DNA from: an uncultured Alphaproteobacteria bacterium
GTDB lineage: Bacteria; Pseudomonadota; Alphaproteobacteria; RF32; CAG-239
DNA length: 64,000 bases
Direction: 5' to 3'
NCBI GenBank assembly: GCA_964017825.1
Contig: CAXHMA010000001.1
Location: 83,928-147,927, forward strand
Positions 46,046 through 56,004 of this stretch are shown here, one piece after another (position 1 is the first letter of the stretch; every line of letters begins with the position of its first letter). A program made the translations under genes and the position numbers. A model generated the notes under the pieces. That model did not search any database and was not told where the DNA came from. It was given only the letters and a program-made list of their open reading frames with translations.

Positions 46046-47668
46046 ATGACCATTGAAACCATAACGGTATTTTTATATGTCTGGCTTTCTCTAAGCCTTG
46101 TTTTCCCGCTGTTTGCGGCGATTTTGATTAACCGTTCCCGCCGTCTCAAAAAAGAACTGGCCAAACAAAACGGCGCCAACCGTTATTATGAAGAAATGCT
46201 CTATGCGTCCAAAGACGGCTATCTGACCTTCTCGCTTTATAAAAACAAAGAATTTCAATATTGCTCGCGCCGCCTGGCAACGCTGCTTAATCTCAAAAAC
46301 GGGGAAGACAGCTCTTTCTCCGAAGTTATTTCCGTTTTTGAACGTGCCGATGCCGACAAGATAAATTCATCCCTTACCGCCTTAAAAAAAAGCGGCTCGG
46401 GCTTTGAAATCATTGCCCGCACCAAAAGCCGCAAAATCTTTGCCGTCACCGGTGTCCGCATTGATTCCGCCGATTCGGAGGTAAGCAGCAGCTGTTTATG
46501 GTTCCGCGACATCACCCGAACGACAGACTTCATTGATCGCGTTACCGAAGAGGCCTTTACCTGCCGGCAGAAACTGGAAGATTATCGGATTCTGATTGAC
46601 AATATCCCCTGCCCTGTCTGGCTGAGAAACGAAAATCTGGACATCACGCTTTTAAACCGGCACTATCTGCACCTTGTCGGACTAAAAGATTTCAAAGACG
46701 CCACCCCGGAAAACACTGTCCTGCGCGACTTAGGCAATACGACAAATCTGGCGGAGCTTGCCAAAAATGCCAAAGAGTCCAACACGTCACAAAAAAAACA
46801 AATCAATATTTTATATGACGGCGACCTGAAAAAATATGAAATCATTGAAACGCCCTATTACGACACCTCGTTGAAAACCACCCGCACCGTCGGGTCGCTG
46901 ATGGATATAACCGGTTTTGACGAAGCAAAGCGCAGCTATCAGGTACATCTTGAATCGCATCTCGATATTTTAAGCTCGCTTGATACCGCTTTTTGCATCA
47001 TAAACAACAAACACCTCTTTACATTCGGCAATGCCGCTTTCCTGAAATTATGGAACCTGCCTGATAATTTTCTTGACAACGAACCGCATTACAATCTGTT
47101 TCTGGAAAAAATACGCGAGCAAAAAACGCTGCCCGAAGTTTCGGACTTCAAAGCCTACAAAGAAGAAGAAAATAAAGCCTTTGATGCCCTGACCGAACAG
47201 CGCGAAGACCTCATGTATATTCCCGACGGCAGGACATTTCGCCGCATTCGCGCGCCGCACCCCAGCGGAACGTTAATTGCTTTTGAAGATATAACCGGAC
47301 AGCTCACCGCAGCCAGAAGACTGAGTGATTTGATTGCCGTGCAGCAGGGCATTCTGGACAATATCAGCGATTCCGTTGTTTTATTCTCACCGTCATTAAA
47401 ACTGAAATCATATAACATCGCTTTTCAAAAACTTTGGGGATTGAGCCCTTTTCAATTAGACGAAATGCCTTTCCTGCGCGAGCTTGTGGATATGCAAAAG
47501 CCGGCACTGCCCGAAATAGAAGATTGGAAATCCTTCCGCGAAGACATGTTAAAACACATCACCGCCTGCACCCCGTTTACTCTGAAACTCAAAAACAAAC
47601 AAAAAATCAATGTCACACCTGTTATTCTGCCGGACACGTCTCTGATGATTTCTTATCACAAACAATAA
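46046..47668 (+). CDS. Membrane-anchored protein with repeated PAS-like domains, no histidine-kinase catalytic domain.
   Basis: One N-terminal TM; repeated PAS-like blocks (NAAFLKLWNLP..., NIAFQKLWGLSP...); no H-box/N/G-box motifs. Confidence 0.5.
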   Translation: MTIETITVFLYVWLSLSLVFPLFAAILINRSRRLKKELAKQNGANRYYEEMLYASKDGYLTFSLYKNKEFQYCSRRLATLLNLKNGEDSSFSEVISVFERADADKINSSLTALKKSGSGFEIIARTKSRKIFAVTGVRIDSADSEVSSSCLWFRDITRTTDFIDRVTEEAFTCRQKLEDYRILIDNIPCPVWLRNENLDITLLNRHYLHLVGLKDFKDATPENTVLRDLGNTTNLAELAKNAKESNTSQKKQINILYDGDLKKYEIIETPYYDTSLKTTRTVGSLMDITGFDEAKRSYQVHLESHLDILSSLDTAFCIINNKHLFTFGNAAFLKLWNLPDNFLDNEPHYNLFLEKIREQKTLPEVSDFKAYKEEENKAFDALTEQREDLMYIPDGRTFRRIRAPHPSGTLIAFEDITGQLTAARRLSDLIAVQQGILDNISDSVVLFSPSLKLKSYNIAFQKLWGLSPFQLDEMPFLRELVDMQKPALPEIEDWKSFREDMLKHITACTPFTLKLKNKQKINVTPVILPDTSLMISYHKQ

Positions 47669-47725
47669 AAAACTTGCAGCTTAAAAAATATTTTGGCATA
47701 CTTATTTAAAACGCAGGAGAAAAAA

Positions 47726-48484
47726 ATGTCTCAAAACAGCCAAACCGATAAACACAAAGTAGTTGACTGGGAAAAAAAGTCAGGCAGCGATTCCGAACGC
47801 ATTAATAAACGAATGAAAAAGCGCAAACCCGCAGCCTGTGCCGTTCCCGATTCCTTTCCGGTAAGACCGCCGCGCGCCGTCGGACAGCCGTTGCTGCGCC
47901 TGCGCAAAAAAATAAAAGAGATTTACGAAGAAGAAGACGAAGATGAAAATGCACCTTTGTTTAATATTGAACTGTTTGAAGAAATGGATGAAAACAAACA
48001 ACAAAAAGAAGCATCCGAAACATTGCGCATCACCAAACAAATGGAATTGGCCGGAAAACTCAACCTTATCATGAATACGGCACTTGTTGCCGAACAGGCG
48101 GGACTGAACCCGAAAATGACGGCAGAAGACGCAAAACTCGCCAACACGGCAGAATATGACCTTAAAAAAATCCGCAGTAAAACGCTGAACTCAAAAGTGG
48201 AAAAACCGCTGGGTTTGAAAGGTAAACTTCCCGAACAAGACATCAGCACCGCCGTCAAAGGTATAAAAAAAGCCAAAGAAAACCTGCCGCCGGATTCTCT
48301 TGCTGATTTTCCTGCCGGTGATGCCGCAGAACTTGCCGCTTTGGACGAAGAAGACATGGCTGAATTAATCTTACGCAAATCCGGCAGAAAAGCTCCTAAA
48401 AAAAGCCTGTCGGAAATTGCCAAAGGCCTTAACAATTTAAACAGCATTGAAAACAATGAACCGGACAACAGAGAAAACGTCTGA
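47726..48484 (+). CDS. Acidic low-complexity hypothetical protein.
   Basis: AGGAG RBS before MSQNSQTD; Glu/Asp/Lys-rich. Confidence 0.45.
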   Translation: MSQNSQTDKHKVVDWEKKSGSDSERINKRMKKRKPAACAVPDSFPVRPPRAVGQPLLRLRKKIKEIYEEEDEDENAPLFNIELFEEMDENKQQKEASETLRITKQMELAGKLNLIMNTALVAEQAGLNPKMTAEDAKLANTAEYDLKKIRSKTLNSKVEKPLGLKGKLPEQDISTAVKGIKKAKENLPPDSLADFPAGDAAELAALDEEDMAELILRKSGRKAPKKSLSEIAKGLNNLNSIENNEPDNRENV

Positions 48485-48563
48485 ACCGTATAAAGCTCAT
48501 TGACACTTATAAATAATTGTGATATGCTGAATGCGTTGTAATTTGCAAAACAAAGGCCAGGCT

Positions 48564-48980
48564 ATGGAAAACCAGTATTATACTTTGATTGAAAAACAGG
48601 ATTTTTTTGAAATCATCGAAAACAAATTCGGCGAACTCGCAATTTTTATTGACGCCCGCAAAGGTGAACCTTTAAATCCCCAGCTGGAATTTGACGGTAA
48701 AGACACCGCTTTGTTAAAAAGGGATAACCGCATCGCCGTCAAAATGCAGGGAATTAATTCCGAAACCGGCGCCGTTTTGGCCGAAGCCGAGTTTGTCATG
48801 ATTGTGGAACTCAAAGGCGAAACCGTGGAAAGAACATACGGCGTTCCTGTTGATACCGTGGAGGAGTTTTCGTTCAAAGGACGCCAGACAAGGGCTGACG
48901 AACTGGAGCGGATTAAAAGCAAAGATGAAATCATCAAAGCCTTTGGCGCTGTTAAAATCTGGAAAAGCGGAGAAAAATAA
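48564..48980 (+). CDS. Hypothetical protein, first gene of EIIA-HPr-MTase operon (stop overlaps EIIA start).
   Basis: TAATG overlap with next gene; no P-loop, so not HprK. Confidence 0.45.
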   Translation: MENQYYTLIEKQDFFEIIENKFGELAIFIDARKGEPLNPQLEFDGKDTALLKRDNRIAVKMQGINSETGAVLAEAEFVMIVELKGETVERTYGVPVDTVEEFSFKGRQTRADELERIKSKDEIIKAFGAVKIWKSGEK

Positions 48981-49378
48981 TGATTGGAATAGTATTGGTC
49001 ACGCACGGTAATTTGGCTGACGAATTTCTTTCTGCCATGCAGCATGTTGTCGGACATCAGGAACAGATAGCCACAGCCTGCATCGGCCCTAATGACGATA
49101 TGAATGAACGCCGGAATGATATTTTGGCAAAAGTAGAAAAAGTTGACAGCGGCGACGGCGTTATTGTATTAACTGATATGTTCGGCGGCACCCCGTCCAA
49201 TCTGGCTATTTCCATTATGGACCGCGCCAATATTGAGGTTATTGCCGGCGTCAACCTGCCGATGCTGGTAAAATTAAATGCATTGCGCAAAGAAAAGAGC
49301 TTAAAAGAAGCGGTAACCGGTGCCAAAGAAGCCGGCATCAAATATATCACCATAGCTTCCGAATTGTTGGGAAAATAA
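48980..49378 (+). CDS. PTS EIIA component, mannose/fructose family (regulatory EIIA-Man type).
   Basis: MIGIVLVTHG with phosphorylatable His; 132 aa. Confidence 0.85.
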   Translation: MIGIVLVTHGNLADEFLSAMQHVVGHQEQIATACIGPNDDMNERRNDILAKVEKVDSGDGVIVLTDMFGGTPSNLAISIMDRANIEVIAGVNLPMLVKLNALRKEKSLKEAVTGAKEAGIKYITIASELLGK

Positions 49379-49379
49379 A

Positions 49380-49658
49380 ATGAGCGATAAAATCAGCGTA
49401 GAACTCAAAATCATAAATGAACGCGGACTGCACGCCAGAGCTGCCGCCAACTTTGTCAAAAGTATAGACGGGTTGAATGCCGATGTTGAAGTGGAACGCC
49501 TCGGTCAATGTGTCGGCGGCTGTTCCATTATGGGGTTGATGATGCTTGCCGCCGGCAAAGGAACAACGATTAAAGTTTCGGCAAGCGGCGCGGATGCCCA
49601 AAAAGCCATCAACAATATTTCTGATTTGGTAAACAATAAATTCGGCGAGGAAAAATGA
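49380..49658 (+). CDS. ptsH: Phosphocarrier protein HPr/NPr.
   Basis: GLHARAAA around His15; 92 aa. Confidence 0.85.
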   Translation: MSDKISVELKIINERGLHARAAANFVKSIDGLNADVEVERLGQCVGGCSIMGLMMLAAGKGTTIKVSASGADAQKAINNISDLVNNKFGEEK

Positions 49659-50587
49659 GCGGCACCCCTGCCCCCCGTAATAAAACCATAGTTCTGACAC
49701 CCGAAGAAACGGAACAATACGCAGCGCGTGCCGTAACGCTTACCAAAAAATCTTCATTAAAAGATATCATAGACCGCACCATTTGGCAGGATACATTCGA
49801 AGCCTTAAAATTTCTTCCCGCCAATTTCGCCGATTTGGTCGTTGTCGACCCGCCTTATAATCTGACCAAAAAATTCGGCAGCAAAGAATTCAAGTCCATG
49901 GATTGGAATGATTACAAACGCTGGATGGATAAATGGCTGGCGGAAGTGTTTATCTCTTTAAAGCCCAACGGCAGTCTGTATATCTGCTCCGATTGGAACA
50001 CATCCATCGCCGTTCCCGAAATTGCCGGCAAATATTTCCTCTTAAAAAACCGCATAACCTGGGAGCGCGAAAAAGGCAGAAGCTCCGGCAACAACTGGAA
50101 AAACTGCATTGAAGACATCTGGTTTTTTACCAAATCTCCCGAATACACGTTTAATCTGGATGCTGTCAAATTAAAGCGTCCGGTGCTCGCACCGTATAAA
50201 GACGATAACGGTACCCCGAAAGACTGGCAGGAAGATGATGAAAATGACGGTAAAAAATTCCGCCTGACAGCACCGTCAAACCTTTGGACGGATATCTCCA
50301 TTCCGTTTTGGTCAATGGCTGAAAACACATCTCATCCGACGCAAAAGCCGGAAAAACTCATTGCCAAGCTGATATTGGCTTCAAGCAATGAGGGCGACGT
50401 CGTTTTTGACCCGTTTCTCGGCTCGGGAACCACTTCCGTCACCGCGGCCAAGCTCGGACGGCACTATGTCGGCATTGAACGCGAAAAAGAATATGTAGCC
50501 TTGGCCGAAAAGAGGCTGGAAAGGGCTGCCGAAGACAAAACCATCCAAGGCTACGAAGACGGCGTTTTCAAACTCCGCCATGCTTAA
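49655..50587 (+). CDS. Beta-class N6-adenine DNA methyltransferase, CcrM-like orphan (no adjacent endonuclease).
   Basis: Motif IV DPPYN near N-terminus, motif I FDPFLGSGTT near C-terminus; ATGA overlap with HPr stop. Confidence 0.8.
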   Translation: MSGTPAPRNKTIVLTPEETEQYAARAVTLTKKSSLKDIIDRTIWQDTFEALKFLPANFADLVVVDPPYNLTKKFGSKEFKSMDWNDYKRWMDKWLAEVFISLKPNGSLYICSDWNTSIAVPEIAGKYFLLKNRITWEREKGRSSGNNWKNCIEDIWFFTKSPEYTFNLDAVKLKRPVLAPYKDDNGTPKDWQEDDENDGKKFRLTAPSNLWTDISIPFWSMAENTSHPTQKPEKLIAKLILASSNEGDVVFDPFLGSGTTSVTAAKLGRHYVGIEREKEYVALAEKRLERAAEDKTIQGYEDGVFKLRHA

Positions 50588-50645
50588 CGGCTCACCGCAC
50601 ACTATTAATAACATAGCATTTTTGCCATAAAATACAAAAAAACAG

Positions 50646-50866
50646 TTGCAAAAATAGATAATTCGTTATATAAACCATCTAAGAAGCTGCTAATAAACAG
50701 GTCCGGGGCGTCAGAAACCCTGTAAGCAATCGTTTCCATAACGAAGGACATCGCGTTTTGAGGAGTTAAAGGACGGACGTCGGCGAATAAGAGCTTGCTC
50801 AAATAAGCCGAGCCGTTGATTGCTTACGGTTTCTGAACGTCCGCCCGCCTTTTCGTGCGGGCTTTT
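50646..50866 (+). ncRNA. Candidate ~185-nt sRNA with own promoter (TTGCAA-17-TATAAA), ~25-bp imperfect closing helix and intrinsic terminator; no ATG inside.
   Basis: 5' arm GGGGCGTCAGAAACCCTGTAAGCAATC pairs with 3' arm GATTGCTTACGGTTTCTGAACGTCCGCCC; terminator GCCCGCCTTTTCGTGCGGGC+TTTTT. Confidence 0.45.
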
Positions 50867-50902
50867 TCATTTTCTGCTTGAAACATCTCAAAAATCTAAA
50901 AT

Positions 50903-50936
50903 AGCTATTGAGTTTTATGAGTTTTCCCCCTATATA
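50903..50936 (+). promoter_or_regulatory. Putative sigma70 promoter of ftsH (TTGAGT-17-TATATAAT).
   Basis: Consensus-like hexamers ~70 nt upstream of ftsH start. Confidence 0.3.
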
Positions 50937-51005
50937 ATACAGGAATGGATTGTTTGTAAAAAAAACAGTTCCCGCAATCATGCAACATATTTCTGATAGG
51001 AAACA

Positions 51006-52877
51006 TTGAGAATGAAACAGGGAAAAAATATTATCATCTGGTTGGCAGCTTTTGTTTTTCTGAGCCTTGCCTTAAACGGCCTCGCTCCCGAAAGCAGAAC
51101 CGGAACTGCCGAAAAAATCGCCTTTTCCGACTTTATGGACAGTGCGGAAGAAAACCGCGTCAATTCTGTCACCATTGTCGGCAACGATATACAGGGCACT
51201 TATAATGACGGTACCAAATTCCATACCTATGCGCCCTTTGACCCGAATATGATTGAAAGTTTAAGAAAGCTGAATATCAAAATCGAAGCCCGCCCGATAG
51301 ATACATCCGAAAGCACTTTCTGGGGCGTGCTGATTTCCTGGTTCCCGATGCTGCTTCTTATCGGCGTTTGGATATTCTTTATGCGTCAGGCCAATAGCGG
51401 CAACAATAAAGCCATGAGTTTCGGCAAATCGCGCGCCAAACTGATAGAAAACACCAAACGCGTGACTTTCGCGGACGTAGCCGGCGCGGATGAAAGCAAG
51501 CAGGAACTGGAAGAAATTATCGACTTTTTAAAAGACCCGCAGAAATTCCAGCGTCTGGGCGGCAAAATTCCGCGGGGCGTTTTGCTTGTCGGCCCTCCGG
51601 GAACAGGTAAAACCTTGTTGGCCAAAGCTGTGGCAGGCGAGGCTAACGTACCGTTTTTCTCCATTTCCGGCTCGGATTTTGTCGAAATGTTTGTCGGCGT
51701 CGGAGCTTCGCGTGTGCGTGATATGTTTGCCCAAGCCAAAAAAAACGCACCCTGCCTGCTCTTTATTGATGAGATTGATGCCGTCGGACGCCATCGCGGC
51801 GCCGGTCTCGGCGGCGGCAATGACGAACGCGAGCAAACCTTAAACCAATTGCTGGTGGAAATGGACGGTTTTGACGCCAACGAAAACGTCATCCTGATTG
51901 CCGCAACCAACCGCCCCGACGTGCTTGACCCTGCGCTTTTGCGCCCCGGGCGTTTTGACCGACAGGTAACGGTTGTGAACCCCGATGTCAAAGGGCGTGA
52001 GGAAATCTTAAAAGTACACACGCGCAAAGTGCCTTTGGCCAAAGATGTGGATTTAAGCATTGTTGCCCGCGGCACACCGGGATTTTCCGGCGCGGATTTG
52101 GCAAACCTTGTCAATGAAGCCGCACTTTTGGCTGCCCGTAAAAATAAGCTCAAAGTCAGCTCAGCCGACTTTGACGCGGCCAAAGATAAAGTCTTAATGG
52201 GCAACGAACGCAAATCCATGGCTATGGACGAGAAAGAAAAAATGCTCACGGCATATCATGAAGCCGGGCATGCTATCTGCTCGTTAAACGTCAAAGATAC
52301 CGACCCGATACATAAAGCGACAATTATCCCCCGCGGCCGCGCGCTCGGCATGGTGCAGCAGTTGCCGGAAAAAGACCGGTATTCATACACGCGCGCGCAG
52401 ATGCTTTCCCGCCTTGCCATCATGATGGGCGGACGTGTTGCCGAAGAAATGAAATTCGGTTATGACGCCGTAACATCCGGCGCTTCGTCAGACATCAACG
52501 CCGCCACCAATCTGGCGCGTGCCATGGTGACCGAATGGGGCATGAGCGATATATTGGGACCGATTCGCTATTCCGAAAACTCCAATGAAGTTTTCCTCGG
52601 GCGTTCCGTTACCCAAAACCAAAACATGAGCGAAGAAACCGCGCGCCTTGTGGATACGGAAATCAAACGCCTTGTCACTGACGGTTACGAAGAAGCGAAA
52701 AAGATTCTGCAAAAGAATAAAAAAGATTGGGAAACGCTTGCACAGGCATTAATGGAATATGAAACCTTAACCGGAGACGAAATTAAAGACGTCCTTGCCG
52801 GAAAAGAGATTGACAAGACCAAAGATGCCCCGGTTCCGGAAGAAAAGCGCACCAAATCTTCCGTACCCGAGCTGTAA
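51006..52877 (+). CDS. ftsH: ATP-dependent zinc metalloprotease FtsH.
   Basis: Two TM, AAA Walker [12 protein letters not shown], zinc site HEAGHA. Confidence 0.95.
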   Translation: MRMKQGKNIIIWLAAFVFLSLALNGLAPESRTGTAEKIAFSDFMDSAEENRVNSVTIVGNDIQGTYNDGTKFHTYAPFDPNMIESLRKLNIKIEARPIDTSESTFWGVLISWFPMLLLIGVWIFFMRQANSGNNKAMSFGKSRAKLIENTKRVTFADVAGADESKQELEEIIDFLKDPQKFQRLGGKIPRGVLLVGPPGTGKTLLAKAVAGEANVPFFSISGSDFVEMFVGVGASRVRDMFAQAKKNAPCLLFIDEIDAVGRHRGAGLGGGNDEREQTLNQLLVEMDGFDANENVILIAATNRPDVLDPALLRPGRFDRQVTVVNPDVKGREEILKVHTRKVPLAKDVDLSIVARGTPGFSGADLANLVNEAALLAARKNKLKVSSADFDAAKDKVLMGNERKSMAMDEKEKMLTAYHEAGHAICSLNVKDTDPIHKATIIPRGRALGMVQQLPEKDRYSYTRAQMLSRLAIMMGGRVAEEMKFGYDAVTSGASSDINAATNLARAMVTEWGMSDILGPIRYSENSNEVFLGRSVTQNQNMSEETARLVDTEIKRLVTDGYEEAKKILQKNKKDWETLAQALMEYETLTGDEIKDVLAGKEIDKTKDAPVPEEKRTKSSVPEL

Positions 52878-52883
52878 CATCAA

Positions 52884-52912
52884 CCCCCGAATCATTTCGG
52901 GGGTTTGCTTTT
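52884..52912 (+). terminator. Intrinsic terminator after ftsH.
   Basis: CCCCCGAAATCATTTCGGGGG + TTTGCTTTT. Confidence 0.7.
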
Positions 52913-53035
52913 CCCACGCCCGTTTGTTCTCATTATCCTTTCAACACTTCCATAAAAAACGCATTTAAAAGAAAAAATTAACTGATTGACATTATACTGA
53001 ACACCGCAAAACAAACTACGAAAAGAAAAAGGCAA

Positions 53036-53353
53036 ATGAAATACGTGAAATCGATTCTATTAACACTGTTGTATTTTTTATATACCGTAAAATCTTCATA
53101 CGGCTATCAGGTAATGCATACTAGTTGCGCCCGCTGCGGAAGCTCAGTGCCTCGTGTGGTCATATTTGCATTATTACTTTGGATAACAATTTTCACCAGC
53201 ATCGGTATTGTATACCAAGTAACGTTTGGCAAAAAGAAACACAAGTGGTATTTCGGCCCTTCTATTGGATTGATAATTGGCGTAATTTCCCTGGTTTCCC
53301 TGGTTATGATAATACAATTAAAAACAAGTAGAGAGATGGACCTAGGCATGTAA
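53036..53353 (+). CDS. Small membrane protein (105 aa).
   Basis: Three hydrophobic segments; AAAAGG RBS. Confidence 0.4.
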   Translation: MKYVKSILLTLLYFLYTVKSSYGYQVMHTSCARCGSSVPRVVIFALLLWITIFTSIGIVYQVTFGKKKHKWYFGPSIGLIIGVISLVSLVMIIQLKTSREMDLGM

Positions 53354-53448
53354 TACCTAACCGCATCTTATATCAGAACTACTCCTTAAAAGGCATAAAA
53401 AAGAGCAGGTTTTAACACCCGCTCTTTTTTCGTCTCCGCTCAGTCGTA

Positions 53449-53865
53449 TCAATACGACAGCATCGGATATTGGGGGCACTGCTGCCCTAATCTGAGTTTG
53501 CCGCGTTCGTCGAACATGAATGCCGACGTACCCAGCGTGAGGTTCTTCTTGCGCAAAGCGCTTTTCTGTTTCAGGGTGCCGTTTGCATCGCAGCACCACC
53601 AGCTTTTGTCTGCCAGTCTGACGAGATGGCATACCTCACTGAGAAAGATAAACCCGCGAATACCTTCGTGAACAACTGTCCCGTCAGCAGCGACAACACT
53701 CAAAGCATTGCCCTGAACGAGGTTGTAAGCTTCATCAACTTCCGGAACGCTGTCCGAAACGACCTGAAAGCCGCCGATAGTGAAGCAACCGGGAGCAGCT
53801 GCAACTTGCGGAGGCGTCATTTGTATACTACCCATAATAAAATAATGAATATATTTATAAAACAT
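53449..53865 (-). CDS. Hypothetical protein (138 aa; true start may be internal Met).
   Basis: ORF between two terminators; no family recognised. Confidence 0.35.
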   Translation of the reverse strand: MFYKYIHYFIMGSIQMTPPQVAAAPGCFTIGGFQVVSDSVPEVDEAYNLVQGNALSVVAADGTVVHEGIRGFIFLSEVCHLVRLADKSWWCCDANGTLKQKSALRKKNLTLGTSAFMFDERGKLRLGQQCPQYPMLSY

Positions 53866-53932
53866 AGATTTAATTAATCGTTATAAAGCTATCATCTAAA
53901 AAGCTATTATTCAAGCCTTTTTTCAATAAAAA

Positions 53933-53958
53933 TAAAAAAAAGGCGGTCAACCCGCCTT
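53933..53958 (-). terminator. Intrinsic terminator of membrane-protein gene 53965..54633.
   Basis: AAGGCGGGTTGACCGCC + TTTTTTTT on minus strand. Confidence 0.6.
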
Positions 53959-53964
53959 AATTAC

Positions 53965-54633
53965 TCAATTTTTTTTCAAAAGATGATACTGCCAGAGAAT
54001 TAATGCTGCCATATAAGGCAGGAACATCTCGCTCGATTCTTCCAGCAGTTGAAAGATTTCATATACCCCCTCCGGTAAAGGCACCCCGTCATGAGCCTTT
54101 TTCCAGTTAGAAGGAAAACGGTCGACAATTTTAGCGCAGACTCCGACGGTGCAAAGCACGGCAACTGACCACGTAACCGTATTGAATTTGAAAAAGGAAA
54201 AAACCAAATGTTTGGAATATTTAACAGCCAGATAAAGCACCGCGCCGAACACCAAAAGCAAAACCGCCCCGAACATGATTTTTTCACCCAGAGGATTATT
54301 CGGGTTTAAGAAAAAACGCGATTTAAACGGAGTCGTATCCGTCGTAGACAAATGATGTTGAATGCCGGCTTCCCGAAGCAGACAGCAGATGGCCAAAAAC
54401 AAATAAACGCCCCAGCTCTTAATCTTATCCTGATAATCATCCGTGACCGAAAGCAAAACGGCAATCAATACGATATATCCCATGTGGGTAATAACTTCAA
54501 TCAAAGCGCCTTCTTCCGTCAGCGCCAACACGTCATTCGGAAAACCGAAATAAACAACGCCCATAAAAGACAACCACAAAACCAAAAATGCCGCCGGCAT
54601 AAAAAACGGAGATAAAAAGATTTTCTTTAACAT
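53965..54633 (-). CDS. Polytopic membrane protein (about 220 aa), hypothetical.
   Basis: 6-7 TM segments; start placed at MLKKIFLSPFFMPAAF. Confidence 0.5.
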   Translation of the reverse strand: MLKKIFLSPFFMPAAFLVLWLSFMGVVYFGFPNDVLALTEEGALIEVITHMGYIVLIAVLLSVTDDYQDKIKSWGVYLFLAICCLLREAGIQHHLSTTDTTPFKSRFFLNPNNPLGEKIMFGAVLLLVFGAVLYLAVKYSKHLVFSFFKFNTVTWSVAVLCTVGVCAKIVDRFPSNWKKAHDGVPLPEGVYEIFQLLEESSEMFLPYMAALILWQYHLLKKN

Positions 54634-54738
54634 AGTTCTTCTTTCATTAAATATTCTGACAGTATAAATATACACATTTATATACAAACATAACCAAAAA
54701 TGAATTTTTATTAACAGTAATTCAAACCCAAAGCGTAT

Positions 54739-55326
54739 TTATAACTGCCATTTGAGCTCCGCTTCGTTTTCTAATATACCGATAATCCTCTTTAATACGC
54801 TCTGCTCAACAAATTCCCCTTTGCGCACCCAAAGCGAAGAAGTAACACCATCCAGACAGTAATATGGCGAAATCCGCCGATACTTCTTTTCCATCACGCC
54901 GACACAATCCGAGATATCTATACGCGCGCCGTCAATCCCATCTGCGGCACCATGATAAACGCAGTCAACCACAATATGCGGTTTCAACGCTTCTTTACCC
55001 GTCATGAAAAGATTATATATCTCTTCGCCGCCTGCCACATAGATATCTTCTTCCAAATCAGCCAACGCCTTTTGGGAACTGACGGCAAAATGATTCTCTT
55101 TATCCGCAGTGTCATACGCCGCGTCATGTGTCATCACAAAAACCCTGCACCCCGTAATCTGCTGCACCGGCAGGCTTTCATATGTCTTGCGCCCGCACAC
55201 CAGTGTCTGCCCGTCAACAATCTCCCAAAAGCGCCTCTTATCGCTTTTGATTTGCCAAGGCACCTTATCGCCGATACCGATAAGATTATCGCCTTCATGC
55301 CTGCACCAAATCGCCGCCACCGTCAT
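54739..55326 (-). CDS. folA: Dihydrofolate reductase-like protein.
   Basis: IAAIWC...LIGIGDKVPW...RF...VCGRKTYESLP pattern of DHFR; 4-nt overlap with rnhB. Confidence 0.55.
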   Translation of the reverse strand: MTVAAIWCRHEGDNLIGIGDKVPWQIKSDKRRFWEIVDGQTLVCGRKTYESLPVQQITGCRVFVMTHDAAYDTADKENHFAVSSQKALADLEEDIYVAGGEEIYNLFMTGKEALKPHIVVDCVYHGAADGIDGARIDISDCVGVMEKKYRRISPYYCLDGVTSSLWVRKGEFVEQSVLKRIIGILENEAELKWQL

Positions 55327-55946
55327 TTTAAGAACTCCTTAATCGGCGCATAAGATTTACGATGCTGCGGCGTCACGCCGTATTTCTTCAATCCCTCAAT
55401 ATGCGCCTTGGTACCATATCCGGCATTTTTCTCAAACCCATATCCGGGATATTGTTTTGCCATATCTTCCATCAGCCTGTCGCGGTAAACCTTTGCCAAC
55501 ACGGATGCCGCGGAAATGGAATAGCATTTGGCATCGCCTTTAATGACAGCCTTTGTCTTAAAACCGAAGTTTTTCGGTTCACGATTGCCGTCCACCAACA
55601 CCATATCCGGCTTTGCTCCGGCAGCTTCAATCGCCCGTTTCATTGCCAGGAATGACGCGTTCAGAATGTTGATATTGTCAATCTCTTCCGCACTCGCTTC
55701 ACCAATTCCGACGAGCATATTGCCTTTTGCTTTTTCGTTCAAAAGCAAATCATACAGCATTTCTCTTTTCTTTTTGGATAATTTTTTAGAATCATTCAAA
55801 TGTTGCAGCAAGCGTTCATCCACATTTCGGTTTAAGAAAACGGCACATCCGGCAACCACCGGCCCCACCCAGGGCCCGCGCCCTGCCTCGTCCACACCGG
55901 CTGCCATACCGTCAACATAGTCTTCCAATAAAAAATCAGGCATCAT
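55323..55946 (-). CDS. rnhB: Ribonuclease HII.
   Basis: DEAGRGPWVGPVVAGCAV catalytic N-terminus. Confidence 0.9.
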   Translation of the reverse strand: MMPDFLLEDYVDGMAAGVDEAGRGPWVGPVVAGCAVFLNRNVDERLLQHLNDSKKLSKKKREMLYDLLLNEKAKGNMLVGIGEASAEEIDNINILNASFLAMKRAIEAAGAKPDMVLVDGNREPKNFGFKTKAVIKGDAKCYSISAASVLAKVYRDRLMEDMAKQYPGYGFEKNAGYGTKAHIEGLKKYGVTPQHRKSYAPIKEFLK

Positions 55947-56004
55947 AACTCTCCCGTAATTGAGTTCATAATGCCTGATACAAATATAAAAAACAAGTCC
56001 TTTA

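Noticed and set aside
48564-48980. Gene upstream of EIIA as the truncated alphaproteobacterial HprK
   Set aside because: No Walker A/P-loop (GxxGxGKS) anywhere in the 139/149-aa translation.
50646-50866. Candidate sRNA as tmRNA, RNase P RNA or SRP RNA
   Set aside because: No T-loop GGTTCGA(A/T)TCC, no tag-peptide reading frame, no GGAAAGTCCGGGCT or GGAAGCAGCC consensus blocks.
51386-52249. 287-aa ORF antisense within ftsH
   Set aside because: Embedded opposite ftsH; Ser/Ala/Pro-rich antisense artefact.
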